Shown piece by piece: positions 35,434-43,817 of a stretch of DNA of 63,744 nt (the first letter of the stretch is position 1; the number at the start of each line of letters is the position of its first letter). The position numbers and the translations under genes were made by a program. The notes beneath the pieces were generated by a model. The model saw only the letters and a program-made list of their open reading frames with translations. It did not search any database and was not told where the DNA came from. The DNA is from a virus (Duplodnaviria > Caudoviricetes): positions 1-63,744 of IMG/VR virus record IMGVR_UViG_3300032132_000006; one strand, written 5' to 3'.

Positions 35434-35686
35434 AGGAACTCGTCTATTGCGGGAAAAATCAAACATAAAGACAGAGCTGGAGCATTGGATGAAAACTATA
35501 ACATCCTCAAGGCAGTTGGCATTTTGTGAGAAATCGTTTGGTAACCGTCCAGTTCCGCTAAACACAAGTATGGCGCACCATACTTTTTCCAATTTTAGAG
35601 TGGCTGTCATAGATGAATTAAATCTTAGGCTCTTGGAGATAGATCAGGAATTTTCTAAATTGTCGGGAGAAAGTGATGGATATTGA
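35411..35686 (+). CDS. Hypothetical protein
   Basis: GGAG RBS. Confidence 0.55.
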   Translation: MDLNQHAKGTRLLREKSNIKTELEHWMKTITSSRQLAFCEKSFGNRPVPLNTSMAHHTFSNFRVAVIDELNLRLLEIDQEFSKLSGESDGY

Positions 35687-35858
35687 AAGACAGGTAGAAA
35701 TAATTGAAAAGCAGTTGAGCGCGTTCCATAGCTTGGAAGAAAAGCTGATGTATATGGTCGGGTTCTTTGTCCCAGATCCCAAGTTCTCAAAGGAGGCCTG
35801 CGATCTAGTGATGGGAAGACTATGGCCAGAGGGAGAGGGAAATGAGACAGCCTACTAA
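35673..35858 (+). CDS. Hypothetical protein
   Basis: GGAG RBS. Confidence 0.55.
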   Translation: MMDIERQVEIIEKQLSAFHSLEEKLMYMVGFFVPDPKFSKEACDLVMGRLWPEGEGNETAY

Positions 35859-35974
35859 GAGGCAGCTTATCGTAAGGCTTGAACGCGCTGGGAAAAGCAA
35901 GGATTATATTACGGGGTATCTGCGAGGATGGACTATGGCAGATAAAAGATTCACTAAAGAAAAGGCAAAGCAAA

Positions 35975-36214
35975 ATGACAAATGAAAAGCAACTAACTGC
36001 GGCTGGTATCGCAAAAAGCTATGGGTTTAAAAGCTTGAACGAGATGGCCGCCCATGTAAACAAATCACTATCCTGCTTGCATGGGTGGTACCACAATAAC
36101 CCAGAGCTGTTTCACTCTGCCTGTCTTGGTGCATCTATCCGTAAGGGTGCTGCTGTCACTAAGTTTGCTGAGGTTGTAAAACAGGATCGAGGGGTGTCGG
36201 CAATACTTAGGTAG
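35975..36214 (+). CDS. Small HTH-like protein (start MTNEKQ)
   Basis: AK..GFKSL.EMA..V.KS...L..WY...PELF pattern. Confidence 0.6.
   Translation: MTNEKQLTAAGIAKSYGFKSLNEMAAHVNKSLSCLHGWYHNNPELFHSACLGASIRKGAAVTKFAEVVKQDRGVSAILR
36162..36180 (+). repeat. 19-bp direct repeat AGTTTGCTGAGGTTGTAAA, copy 1
   Basis: Exact copy at 37652-37670. Confidence 0.9.
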
Positions 36215-36276
36215 TTTGGACTAAGCACAGGTTTTACGTCATAATGATCGATCAATTTTTAGGAGAGGGTACAACT

Positions 36277-36438
36277 ATGCACGACTTGGAAGCAATCAAA
36301 GAACTGGCAAAGGAGATGGTGGCAAGTCCTGATACCGTATCCCGTAAGGCGATAGCGCTTGAGATATGTGCAATCTGCAATAGCTTGAAGAAAGAAAAGG
36401 ATCTTGTTAGGTTGGAGCGCGGGGAGCGGCAGGTATGA
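36277..36438 (+). CDS. Hypothetical protein (start MHDLEA)
   Basis: GGAG/GAGG RBS; ATGA overlap with the next gene. Confidence 0.55.
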   Translation: MHDLEAIKELAKEMVASPDTVSRKAIALEICAICNSLKKEKDLVRLERGERQV

Positions 36439-37646
36439 GTGATCTTGAAAAGTACCTTGAGTACTGCAACACAGACCAGCAGAGAGATATTTGCAAAGCT
36501 GTGTTTGAACACGGCAATGCGACACAGGCTGGGAAAGAGCTGGGTCTAGACGAGGGGCAAACCAGAAGTACGTGGCGTAAGATTAAGGCCAGAGCAGCAG
36601 CACAAGGGTGGTCGCCACAGCACGATCTAACACACCCAGTCCCGTCACCATTGGTTATGAAAGGAGCTTCCACGCTCTATGATATGCAGACAGGTGAGGG
36701 TAAGCTGCAATGGATTAAATCCAATTTGGATGCAGAGGCGTTCAAGCTGCTGGCCGAGGTAATCGTTAGTGAGCTAGTACAGGACATTCCCAAAATACCA
36801 ATTACTCCAGCACCAGAACACTCTTTCGGCCAGCTACTCTCACTTTATGTTATAACCGATTATCATTTTGGAATGTTGGCGTGTAAGGAAGAAACAAGAG
36901 GGGCCGACTGGGATATTAAAATCGCAGAAGAAATGTTAATGAATTGGTTCGCTGAGGCAATGAAGCGAACAGAGAATTCTGAGACAGGAGTGTTTTGTCA
37001 GCTTGGAGATTTCCTCCATTTTGATGGCCTTGAAGCTGTTACCCCAGCCCACAAAAATATTTTAGACGCCGACAGTAGATATTATAAAGTGGTTAGGGTT
37101 GCCATTCGGTGTACTCGTCGGGCCATATCAATGCTACTTAATAAACACAAGTACGTTAAGGTTATCTTCGCTGAAGGCAATCACGATCCAGCCGCATCAA
37201 CCGTACTACGCGAGGCGCTTCATTCAATGTACGATGACGAGCCAAGAGTGGATATCGATATCTCGCCAGATCCCTACTATGTAATCGAGCATGGTGCCAC
37301 TAGCCTTTTCTTTCACCATGGCCATAAAAAGAAGCCGCAAGCAATTGATAAAACATTCGCAAGTAAATTCAGAAAAATCTTTGGAAGAACGGAACATTCT
37401 TACGCGCACATGGGTCATATGCACCATGAGTTTAAAAAGGAGTCTGAGCTAATGGTGGTTGAGCAGCACAGAACTTTAGCTTCGGCAGACGCCTACTCAT
37501 CAAGAGGAGGTTACAACGCAGGCAGGGACGCTAAGGTTATTACTTACCATAGTATTTTTGGCAAGAGAAGAGAAGAGGTAGTTTCAGCAGCAGAAATTAT
37601 ATCCATAATAAAAGAGAGGAAGAAAAATGGACGACGAAATCAATGA
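36435..37646 (+). CDS. Calcineurin-like metallophosphoesterase with N-terminal HTH
   Basis: DYH, GDFLH.D, GNHD, HHGH and GHMHH motifs; N-terminal ATQAGKELGL HTH. Confidence 0.85.
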   Translation: MSDLEKYLEYCNTDQQRDICKAVFEHGNATQAGKELGLDEGQTRSTWRKIKARAAAQGWSPQHDLTHPVPSPLVMKGASTLYDMQTGEGKLQWIKSNLDAEAFKLLAEVIVSELVQDIPKIPITPAPEHSFGQLLSLYVITDYHFGMLACKEETRGADWDIKIAEEMLMNWFAEAMKRTENSETGVFCQLGDFLHFDGLEAVTPAHKNILDADSRYYKVVRVAIRCTRRAISMLLNKHKYVKVIFAEGNHDPAASTVLREALHSMYDDEPRVDIDISPDPYYVIEHGATSLFFHHGHKKKPQAIDKTFASKFRKIFGRTEHSYAHMGHMHHEFKKESELMVVEQHRTLASADAYSSRGGYNAGRDAKVITYHSIFGKRREEVVSAAEIISIIKERKKNGRRNQ

Positions 37647-37872
37647 AGATGAGTTTGCTGAGGTTGTAAAGCAAGAGATCGCCAGCATTGGGAGCCAGCA
37701 TAAGGCATCATTTGAGTGGGGTATGAACCAGCCTGAGATAAGTAAATGGCTGAGGAGCAGGGACGAACCGGCAAAGGGGGAAGTGAGGCCACCCAAGAAA
37801 ATAATAGAAGCCCTTGGATATCAAGAGGTTAGGTACATTACTAGGGCGTACATAAAGAAAATGCCCCAGTGA
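37627..37872 (+). CDS. Cro/XRE-like HTH protein
   Basis: GSQHKAS.EWGM.QPEISKWL...P.KKIIEALG; loosely similar to 29068-29289. Confidence 0.6.
   Translation: MDDEINEDEFAEVVKQEIASIGSQHKASFEWGMNQPEISKWLRSRDEPAKGEVRPPKKIIEALGYQEVRYITRAYIKKMPQ
37652..37670 (+). repeat. 19-bp direct repeat, copy 2
   Basis: Exact copy of 36162-36180. Confidence 0.9.
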
Positions 37873-38004
37873 AGGGGCAAGAACAGATAAGGATCAACCT
37901 CCTGTTTAGTGCGTCGGGTAAGACCGATAAACGGCAAGCCTAGATTACCACATCAGCCCACTGCAATCCAGATTTTTGTAGTGGGTTCTTTATGTCTCCA
38001 AATC

Positions 38005-38013
38005 TGGTATAAT
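38005..38013 (+). promoter_or_regulatory. Extended -10 promoter TGgTATAAT for the surface-protein/portal operon
   Basis: Perfect extended -10 ending 34 nt upstream of GTG 38047. Confidence 0.65.
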
Positions 38014-38046
38014 CACTCCATTTACCTCAATGAATATGGGCTATCT

Positions 38047-39687
38047 GTGGGCGACGTAATAGTTAATAGCGCTACTATCACACTGAAAGATCATGGTGGC
38101 GGGACGTATGGAAGTACGGATGCTCCAGTTGCAGATTTTCAATTGCCTGTTGGGAACTACGAAGACTCAAAGTTGACGATGGCTGTCAATGCGCCAAGAC
38201 CAGATGTAGAACGAACAACCAATAGTCGCTACTCGTACATGCACTCAGGTATGGAAAACGCTATGCCTATTGTTGTGCTGGGCGGGGCATACCCTTATCA
38301 CTACGAGATCACATCTAACACAGGTACGGCTGACACATCAACCGCAACTATAGGCGAGACTAGAACATACGACACTGACAGAGACTGGTACGGTTCCGAT
38401 AATCAAAAGGACTATGGGATATTTCGATGGACCCCTACGGGGGATGATGGGGAGACTTACGACTTCACAATAACAGTCACAGGTCAAGATGGTGTCTCCA
38501 TAGATGTAGAGTTCTCAGGTGTAGTGGAAGACTCCAAATTTATATTCGTAGACCCAGTAGGCGGTGACGATGCTAACGCTGGAACCCTAGCTGCTCCGTT
38601 TGAAACAAACGATCATTGGTATATTAATGCGACTGACGGTACGTATGCTGATAAATTTGTGGTTTGGCGAGCTGGGCTACAGACACAGATCACAGGCGGT
38701 CGATTAGCGGGAACATATAAGCCACATGTTTATATTGCCTTTGAAGGGGACGCACAACCCACGTATGACGGCACGATTAGAGATCACCATTTTGAGGGCG
38801 GTGAGTCTTCTCCTGATTTCTTTTGGGCTGGCATACGAGTGAATGGGAGCAGGTCTGATATAGCAGAAAGTAGGTGGTTTGAAGTCTATGGCGGCTCAGG
38901 TTTTGATCGTGCTGTATTTTGGAACAACTACTTTTATGATGCGGATTCGGGAACAGTAGGTACGGACAATGAGGGATGGATTTCGTTTAGATCAGGCACG
39001 TCCAGAGAGTACCTATCCGTAGTAAGTAATACATTTGATACTGCCCCCATTTCAACAGATAACAACGGCTTTGATAGCGTTAGGTTGTACGATGTAACTG
39101 AGTATGTATTTGAGCATAACGTCATCAAGAACTTCACTGGCAGCACTCTAATACAACCAAAGGACTCCATCTTTAATATGTCCATCAGAGCCAATGACAT
39201 GTGGGAAGGAAATACAAATACTCATGGCATAATTATCACAAATCAGAACGGTGGAAACAATCATGAAGTATGCTGGAACTGGGTGCTGAACGATCATGCT
39301 GTGTATATAAATTCAGCAAATAACTCCGTAGATATGAAAGATGTATTCATTTTTAGAAACACACTATCAGGAGAGCCTGCTGGTGGGGTTCATGCCATTG
39401 ACTTGTTTGGTGGAGCGGGCACACCCTTCGGAGACTTGGTGGAAGTAGAGGCGAATGTATTGCTGAGTAACGATGGTGGAGAACATGTTGTACGAACGGG
39501 CAGCTCGCCAATTACAGGTAGCCCCTTCACAGACTCAGAAGCTCAAGCGTTCTTTACAGGCAGTACTTTCGACAACACTCTATATGACTTAGATACTCAG
39601 ACAGATGTCAACATGACAACAGGCAAGCTCCAAAGTGGCGGGCTTACTCATTTAGGCTCATACGGCGCGGAGATTAGCTCAACATGA
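38047..39687 (+). CDS. Putative virion surface protein A1: Ig-like domain plus parallel beta-helix (pectate-lyase-like)
   Basis: GGAYPYHY...YDFTITVT Ig-like region; FVDP..GDD.N.GTL.APF motif; Asn-ladder repeats; start set by identity with the 40916 N-terminus. Confidence 0.65.
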   Translation: MGDVIVNSATITLKDHGGGTYGSTDAPVADFQLPVGNYEDSKLTMAVNAPRPDVERTTNSRYSYMHSGMENAMPIVVLGGAYPYHYEITSNTGTADTSTATIGETRTYDTDRDWYGSDNQKDYGIFRWTPTGDDGETYDFTITVTGQDGVSIDVEFSGVVEDSKFIFVDPVGGDDANAGTLAAPFETNDHWYINATDGTYADKFVVWRAGLQTQITGGRLAGTYKPHVYIAFEGDAQPTYDGTIRDHHFEGGESSPDFFWAGIRVNGSRSDIAESRWFEVYGGSGFDRAVFWNNYFYDADSGTVGTDNEGWISFRSGTSREYLSVVSNTFDTAPISTDNNGFDSVRLYDVTEYVFEHNVIKNFTGSTLIQPKDSIFNMSIRANDMWEGNTNTHGIIITNQNGGNNHEVCWNWVLNDHAVYINSANNSVDMKDVFIFRNTLSGEPAGGVHAIDLFGGAGTPFGDLVEVEANVLLSNDGGEHVVRTGSSPITGSPFTDSEAQAFFTGSTFDNTLYDLDTQTDVNMTTGKLQSGGLTHLGSYGAEISST

Positions 39688-40916
39688 CATTCCCAACGGT
39701 TAATGATAGCAGCACGTATGAGACTTTAAGCTATCTCACAACACATCCGATCACAATGCCCTCGACGATTAATTCGGGGGAGCTGCTTGTCTGCTTTATG
39801 ACTACATCAACCTCCGCAGGCACCGGCCCAGCCCTAGCAGGATGGACAGAAGTTGTTGGAGAATATGGCACTGTTGGGATATCTGATTGCTATGTATTTG
39901 CAAAGGTGGCTTCTGGTTCAGAGGGGGCTACAGAATCCTTTGTGATGGATAATGGTTGTCGGATGGCAGCTATAACCTTGGCTATTACGAGTTGGGAAGG
40001 GACGCTTAGTGGTGTAGAATTCTCAGCAGACAATACGGCTACCGACGCCGCACCCGACACGCTAACGCTCACTCCCAGCTGGGGATCAGACGATACGTTG
40101 TGGGTGTCACAGGTATCTCTAAGACGAGGTAGAACAGTTAGCGTATATCCATATGCAGACAATAACACCTATATCTCCTCTGGGACGAGTAATGGCAACC
40201 CTGCTATGTTCTTGGGCTCTGATGAAATTGCTGCCGCCACTGAAGACCCTAGTGCCGCCACCATAAGCGCGTCTACTGACTGGTGGGGCATCACAATGGC
40301 TGTTCAACCAGCCGCAGGTGGCGCACCCACATTATCACTACCAACTGAAGCAAGCATAACTTCAACTACAGTAACAGTTGGATGTACTTCTGATGATGCT
40401 ACTGGGACTTTATATTACTACATATCTACCAGTGGCACAGCACCAAGCGCATCTGATCTTAAAGATGGAACAAGCTCTGTTAAGTTTGGCAATACGGCTA
40501 GTGTAACGGCGGGGCTTAACACATTTGCTGTTACTGGGTTGACTGCGGAGACAACGTATTACACTTACTTCATTCAAAACGATGGAGCTTCTGATTCTAA
40601 TATCTTAGAGTCTGGATCGTGGGCAACCGTTGGAACTACTATCACAGGCCCAGCTACTATAGTTGAGGGCACAGCAGACACAGCAGATGGTACTGGTCTT
40701 ACAGTTATAAACGCACTAACCATTCAGATCAATGACGACTCGTATTCGATTGAACAAACAATGGGTACGCAAACAGAAACAACCATAGCGTTCACGCCTG
40801 AGTCTGGGGTTAATGATTGTGTAGCAGGAACACCAGCAGCAGGGGTTCCGTTAGAACCTACAATCACAGCAGCAGGAATAACTGCTTATCAATTAGAAAT
40901 AAAGGTTGAAGAATAG
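39684..40916 (+). CDS. Putative virion surface protein B1 with an Fn3-like domain
   Basis: T/S/G-rich; VTGLTAETTYY Fn3 tyrosine-corner motif. Confidence 0.65.
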   Translation: MTFPTVNDSSTYETLSYLTTHPITMPSTINSGELLVCFMTTSTSAGTGPALAGWTEVVGEYGTVGISDCYVFAKVASGSEGATESFVMDNGCRMAAITLAITSWEGTLSGVEFSADNTATDAAPDTLTLTPSWGSDDTLWVSQVSLRRGRTVSVYPYADNNTYISSGTSNGNPAMFLGSDEIAAATEDPSAATISASTDWWGITMAVQPAAGGAPTLSLPTEASITSTTVTVGCTSDDATGTLYYYISTSGTAPSASDLKDGTSSVKFGNTASVTAGLNTFAVTGLTAETTYYTYFIQNDGASDSNILESGSWATVGTTITGPATIVEGTADTADGTGLTVINALTIQINDDSYSIEQTMGTQTETTIAFTPESGVNDCVAGTPAAGVPLEPTITAAGITAYQLEIKVEE

Positions 40917-41851
40917 TGGGTGACGTAATAGTAAATTCAGCTACGATAACCTTAAAGGATCATGGTGGTGGCGTGTATGGGAGCGCCAACCCCTCCGTTG
41001 CTTTAGATACGCCTGATCTTGTGCTTGATGGTTTTGAGACAGGTGATTTAACAGCGCCCAATTCTGGGGATGGCGTAAACACCATCGGGTTTAGCTGGGA
41101 CTCGACTAACGGGACATCCATAGCTAACAAGACCACAGTTATCTATAACTTTAGCGGGGTTGTTAGCATTCCCTTGGTTAACCCAGACCCTGACGATTGG
41201 GATCCACAAACTGGGGATAATAGCTTTCGAGTCTACTATGGCCCAGCAGATGATTGGTCTGAGCAGCGATTCGATACAACCACTCCACAAACTTCTTTGT
41301 ATGTAGGCTACTGGATAATGGTGCCAACGAATTACACAAGGGTTAATGACGGGCCACAGAACAACAATAAGTGGTTCGACATCTTTTGGGGCAACATCGC
41401 AGGATGGCCCACAGATTACTCAAACTCAAACCTACCTCGCTTAGAAATGCAGGACATAGCAGGCAGTGCTGGTGCTTGTAATATGCAGATGCAAGTCCGG
41501 CAACAAGGCGCAGGCACGATACAAACCAGCAGCTCACACTCTGACTTTATAACAGAGGCAGACGCAGGCAGATGGATGCACTGTATGTACTACCTTGGAG
41601 AGTCTAGCGGGACAGACGTAGCAGACGCAGAAGTTAAGTTTTGGCGCAGGTGGGAGGATGATGCCGGTTACACCCTTATATGCTCTCTAGATAGTTTAGT
41701 TATACAGAATACAGTTGGCGAAGGTGTCAATGGCTGGTCTGGTGGCTACTTAATGGGCTTTCTAAACGATCCCTTTGTGGATGCGTCAGTTTGGATGATT
41801 GATGATTTCAGTTGGTGGTCTACTGACCCCACAAGCGGAGTACTTCCATAA
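40916..41851 (+). CDS. Putative virion surface protein A2, ConA/polysaccharide-lyase-like jelly roll
   Basis: DGFETGD, WSEQRF, LYVGYW..VP.NY, NNNKWF, GRWMH and WMIDDF motifs. Confidence 0.6.
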   Translation: MGDVIVNSATITLKDHGGGVYGSANPSVALDTPDLVLDGFETGDLTAPNSGDGVNTIGFSWDSTNGTSIANKTTVIYNFSGVVSIPLVNPDPDDWDPQTGDNSFRVYYGPADDWSEQRFDTTTPQTSLYVGYWIMVPTNYTRVNDGPQNNNKWFDIFWGNIAGWPTDYSNSNLPRLEMQDIAGSAGACNMQMQVRQQGAGTIQTSSSHSDFITEADAGRWMHCMYYLGESSGTDVADAEVKFWRRWEDDAGYTLICSLDSLVIQNTVGEGVNGWSGGYLMGFLNDPFVDASVWMIDDFSWWSTDPTSGVLP

Positions 41852-43287
41852 TGGCAACACACATAATAGGGACAGGTGGTGATTACACTACATTAGCAGC
41901 AGCAGAGGCAGCACTAACGCTACCAGAGGCTGGCGGTACAGTCTATGAGATAACAGGTACGTTGACAGCAGTGCCTACATTTACTGGCGCGAACTACGAT
42001 AACGGATTAACACTAACTGCTAAAACTGGCGAAGAGTGCGACGGTAAAGGCAATGGTGCTTTTATAGATGCAGATGTAGCTACAACTCTGTACTCTCGCG
42101 CATTCACAATTAGTGATCTACGAGTCCGTTCACTAGATGTTTCAAACATTCGGCAAGCAGGTAGCACAGCGGATAAGTGCGTGTTCGGCGAAAACTGTAC
42201 AACAGATGTACTTGTCCATAACTCACAAACAAAACTAGATTTCACTGATTGTATTATTCAAGATGGTAGCGATGATGGAACATATCAGTCGCAAATAGCG
42301 AATAGCGAGACTTTTGTTCAATGCACGTTCGTTGACGCTGCTCGCTATAATGCTATGAGGGTTCACTGTACCGACTGCTTAAGTATTGGCGCAGGTACAG
42401 GTGACTTCTTTGACTTGGCTACAGGCTCAGACTATAACGCATCAGAAGATGCTACAGCGACAAATACTAACTCTATCACTGGCAGGTCAACAACAGACCT
42501 TGAGGACTATGCTGGTGGCAATTACAACCTTGCTAGTGGTTCCTCACTGAACACGTCTGGCAGTGGTGGTGGTAGGATAGGGGCGTTTATTTCAGCGACA
42601 GCATCAGCACCAGTCTTATCCCTCCCAACAGAAGCGTCAATCACCTCAACCACAGTAACCGTAGGCGCAACTACAGACGACGACACCGGAACGCTTTACT
42701 ACTACATTTCTACCAGCGCATCTGCTCCCAGTGCAGCTAACCTAAAGTCTGGATCTGGAGCGGTTAAGTACGGCAGCGATGCAAGCCTTAGTGTTGGAGC
42801 GAACACCTTCGCAGTAACGGGCTTAACATCTGCGGTAACCTACTACACGTATTTTGTGCAGAATGACGGGGCTAGTGACTCTAACATACTTGAATCAGGT
42901 AGCTGGGTTACTGAGGGTGTTGTTGCTAACATACAGTTTGATCCTGAAACAACACATGATGTTATTCAGGCAATGACAACGGGTGATGATGCAGCAAATA
43001 CTACTGATGGCGAAAGTATATTTGCGAGTACAATACTGACAGTAGAAGATAACCATATCGCTCATGTTCCAAAGTCCGTCAATGGTATGAACATTACTTG
43101 GGCAGCAAACGGTACATTTACAACTGACGCAGATCAAACAGAAAATATTACAGCTTCATACTGGGCACCATCAACTGGTAATTGGAGCTGCATCACTTTA
43201 ACGATTGACGATACTGCTGTTAATGTGGCCACAACTGTTACGACATCACCAGCAACCCGATCACGACTTAACTTATATAGACAATAG
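41851..43287 (+). CDS. Putative virion surface protein B2: beta-helix plus Fn3-like domain
   Basis: IG.GGDYTTLAAAEAA start; YNASED.TA; Fn3-like domain about 76% identical to that of B1. Confidence 0.65.
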   Translation: MATHIIGTGGDYTTLAAAEAALTLPEAGGTVYEITGTLTAVPTFTGANYDNGLTLTAKTGEECDGKGNGAFIDADVATTLYSRAFTISDLRVRSLDVSNIRQAGSTADKCVFGENCTTDVLVHNSQTKLDFTDCIIQDGSDDGTYQSQIANSETFVQCTFVDAARYNAMRVHCTDCLSIGAGTGDFFDLATGSDYNASEDATATNTNSITGRSTTDLEDYAGGNYNLASGSSLNTSGSGGGRIGAFISATASAPVLSLPTEASITSTTVTVGATTDDDTGTLYYYISTSASAPSAANLKSGSGAVKYGSDASLSVGANTFAVTGLTSAVTYYTYFVQNDGASDSNILESGSWVTEGVVANIQFDPETTHDVIQAMTTGDDAANTTDGESIFASTILTVEDNHIAHVPKSVNGMNITWAANGTFTTDADQTENITASYWAPSTGNWSCITLTIDDTAVNVATTVTTSPATRSRLNLYRQ

Positions 43288-43298
43288 AGGTAATACCC

Positions 43299-43814
43299 AT
43301 GGGACAAGTACAAGACGTAGCGGTACAGTTTCACACCCACCGCGCAGTTGAGTCGTTAACTCGACCATCTAACACAACAGCATATGCAGCAGGGGATGTT
43401 ATCTCTGCCGTTACGACTAATGATCACTTTACTTTTGCAGGAGCGGTAAGAAACGGAACGAAAAGCAAGCAGCTTGGCGGTGCCTTTGTTACCGCAAGGC
43501 TACATAGCTCTTCAGCGGTGGCTACCAGCTTGGACGCAGAGTTATATTTGTTCTCTGCCGACATTGCTGAGGTTGCAGACAATAGTGCATTCGCGCCTAC
43601 AGATGACGAGATGCTCACCTGTATTGGTGTGATTGATTTCCCTACTGCTGATTGGAAATTCGGAACGCTGAATTCTTTCTGTCAGGTAACTAATTTAGGG
43701 ATAGCTTTCAAGGCAGCCACCACTACCATTTATGGTCAGCTTGTTGCTAGAAATGCATACGTTCCAACGTCAGCAGAAGTGTTCACCATTGAACTAATAA
43801 TCTCGCAGGACTAA
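43299..43814 (+). CDS. Putative structural protein
   Basis: TRPSNTTAYAAGDVI and AYVPTSAEVFTI motifs; beta-sandwich character. Confidence 0.55.
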   Translation: MGQVQDVAVQFHTHRAVESLTRPSNTTAYAAGDVISAVTTNDHFTFAGAVRNGTKSKQLGGAFVTARLHSSSAVATSLDAELYLFSADIAEVADNSAFAPTDDEMLTCIGVIDFPTADWKFGTLNSFCQVTNLGIAFKAATTTIYGQLVARNAYVPTSAEVFTIELIISQD

Positions 43815-43817
43815 GGC

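Noticed and set aside
37909-38046. N-terminal 46 aa of the 592-aa track ORF
   Set aside because: The region contains an extended -10 promoter, and GTG 38047 matches the N-terminus of the 40916 paralogue
40900-40920. Programmed -1 frameshift fusing B1 to A2
   Set aside because: The frames are compatible, but no X XXY YYZ slippery heptamer is visible, and A1 uses the same N-terminus with no upstream partner
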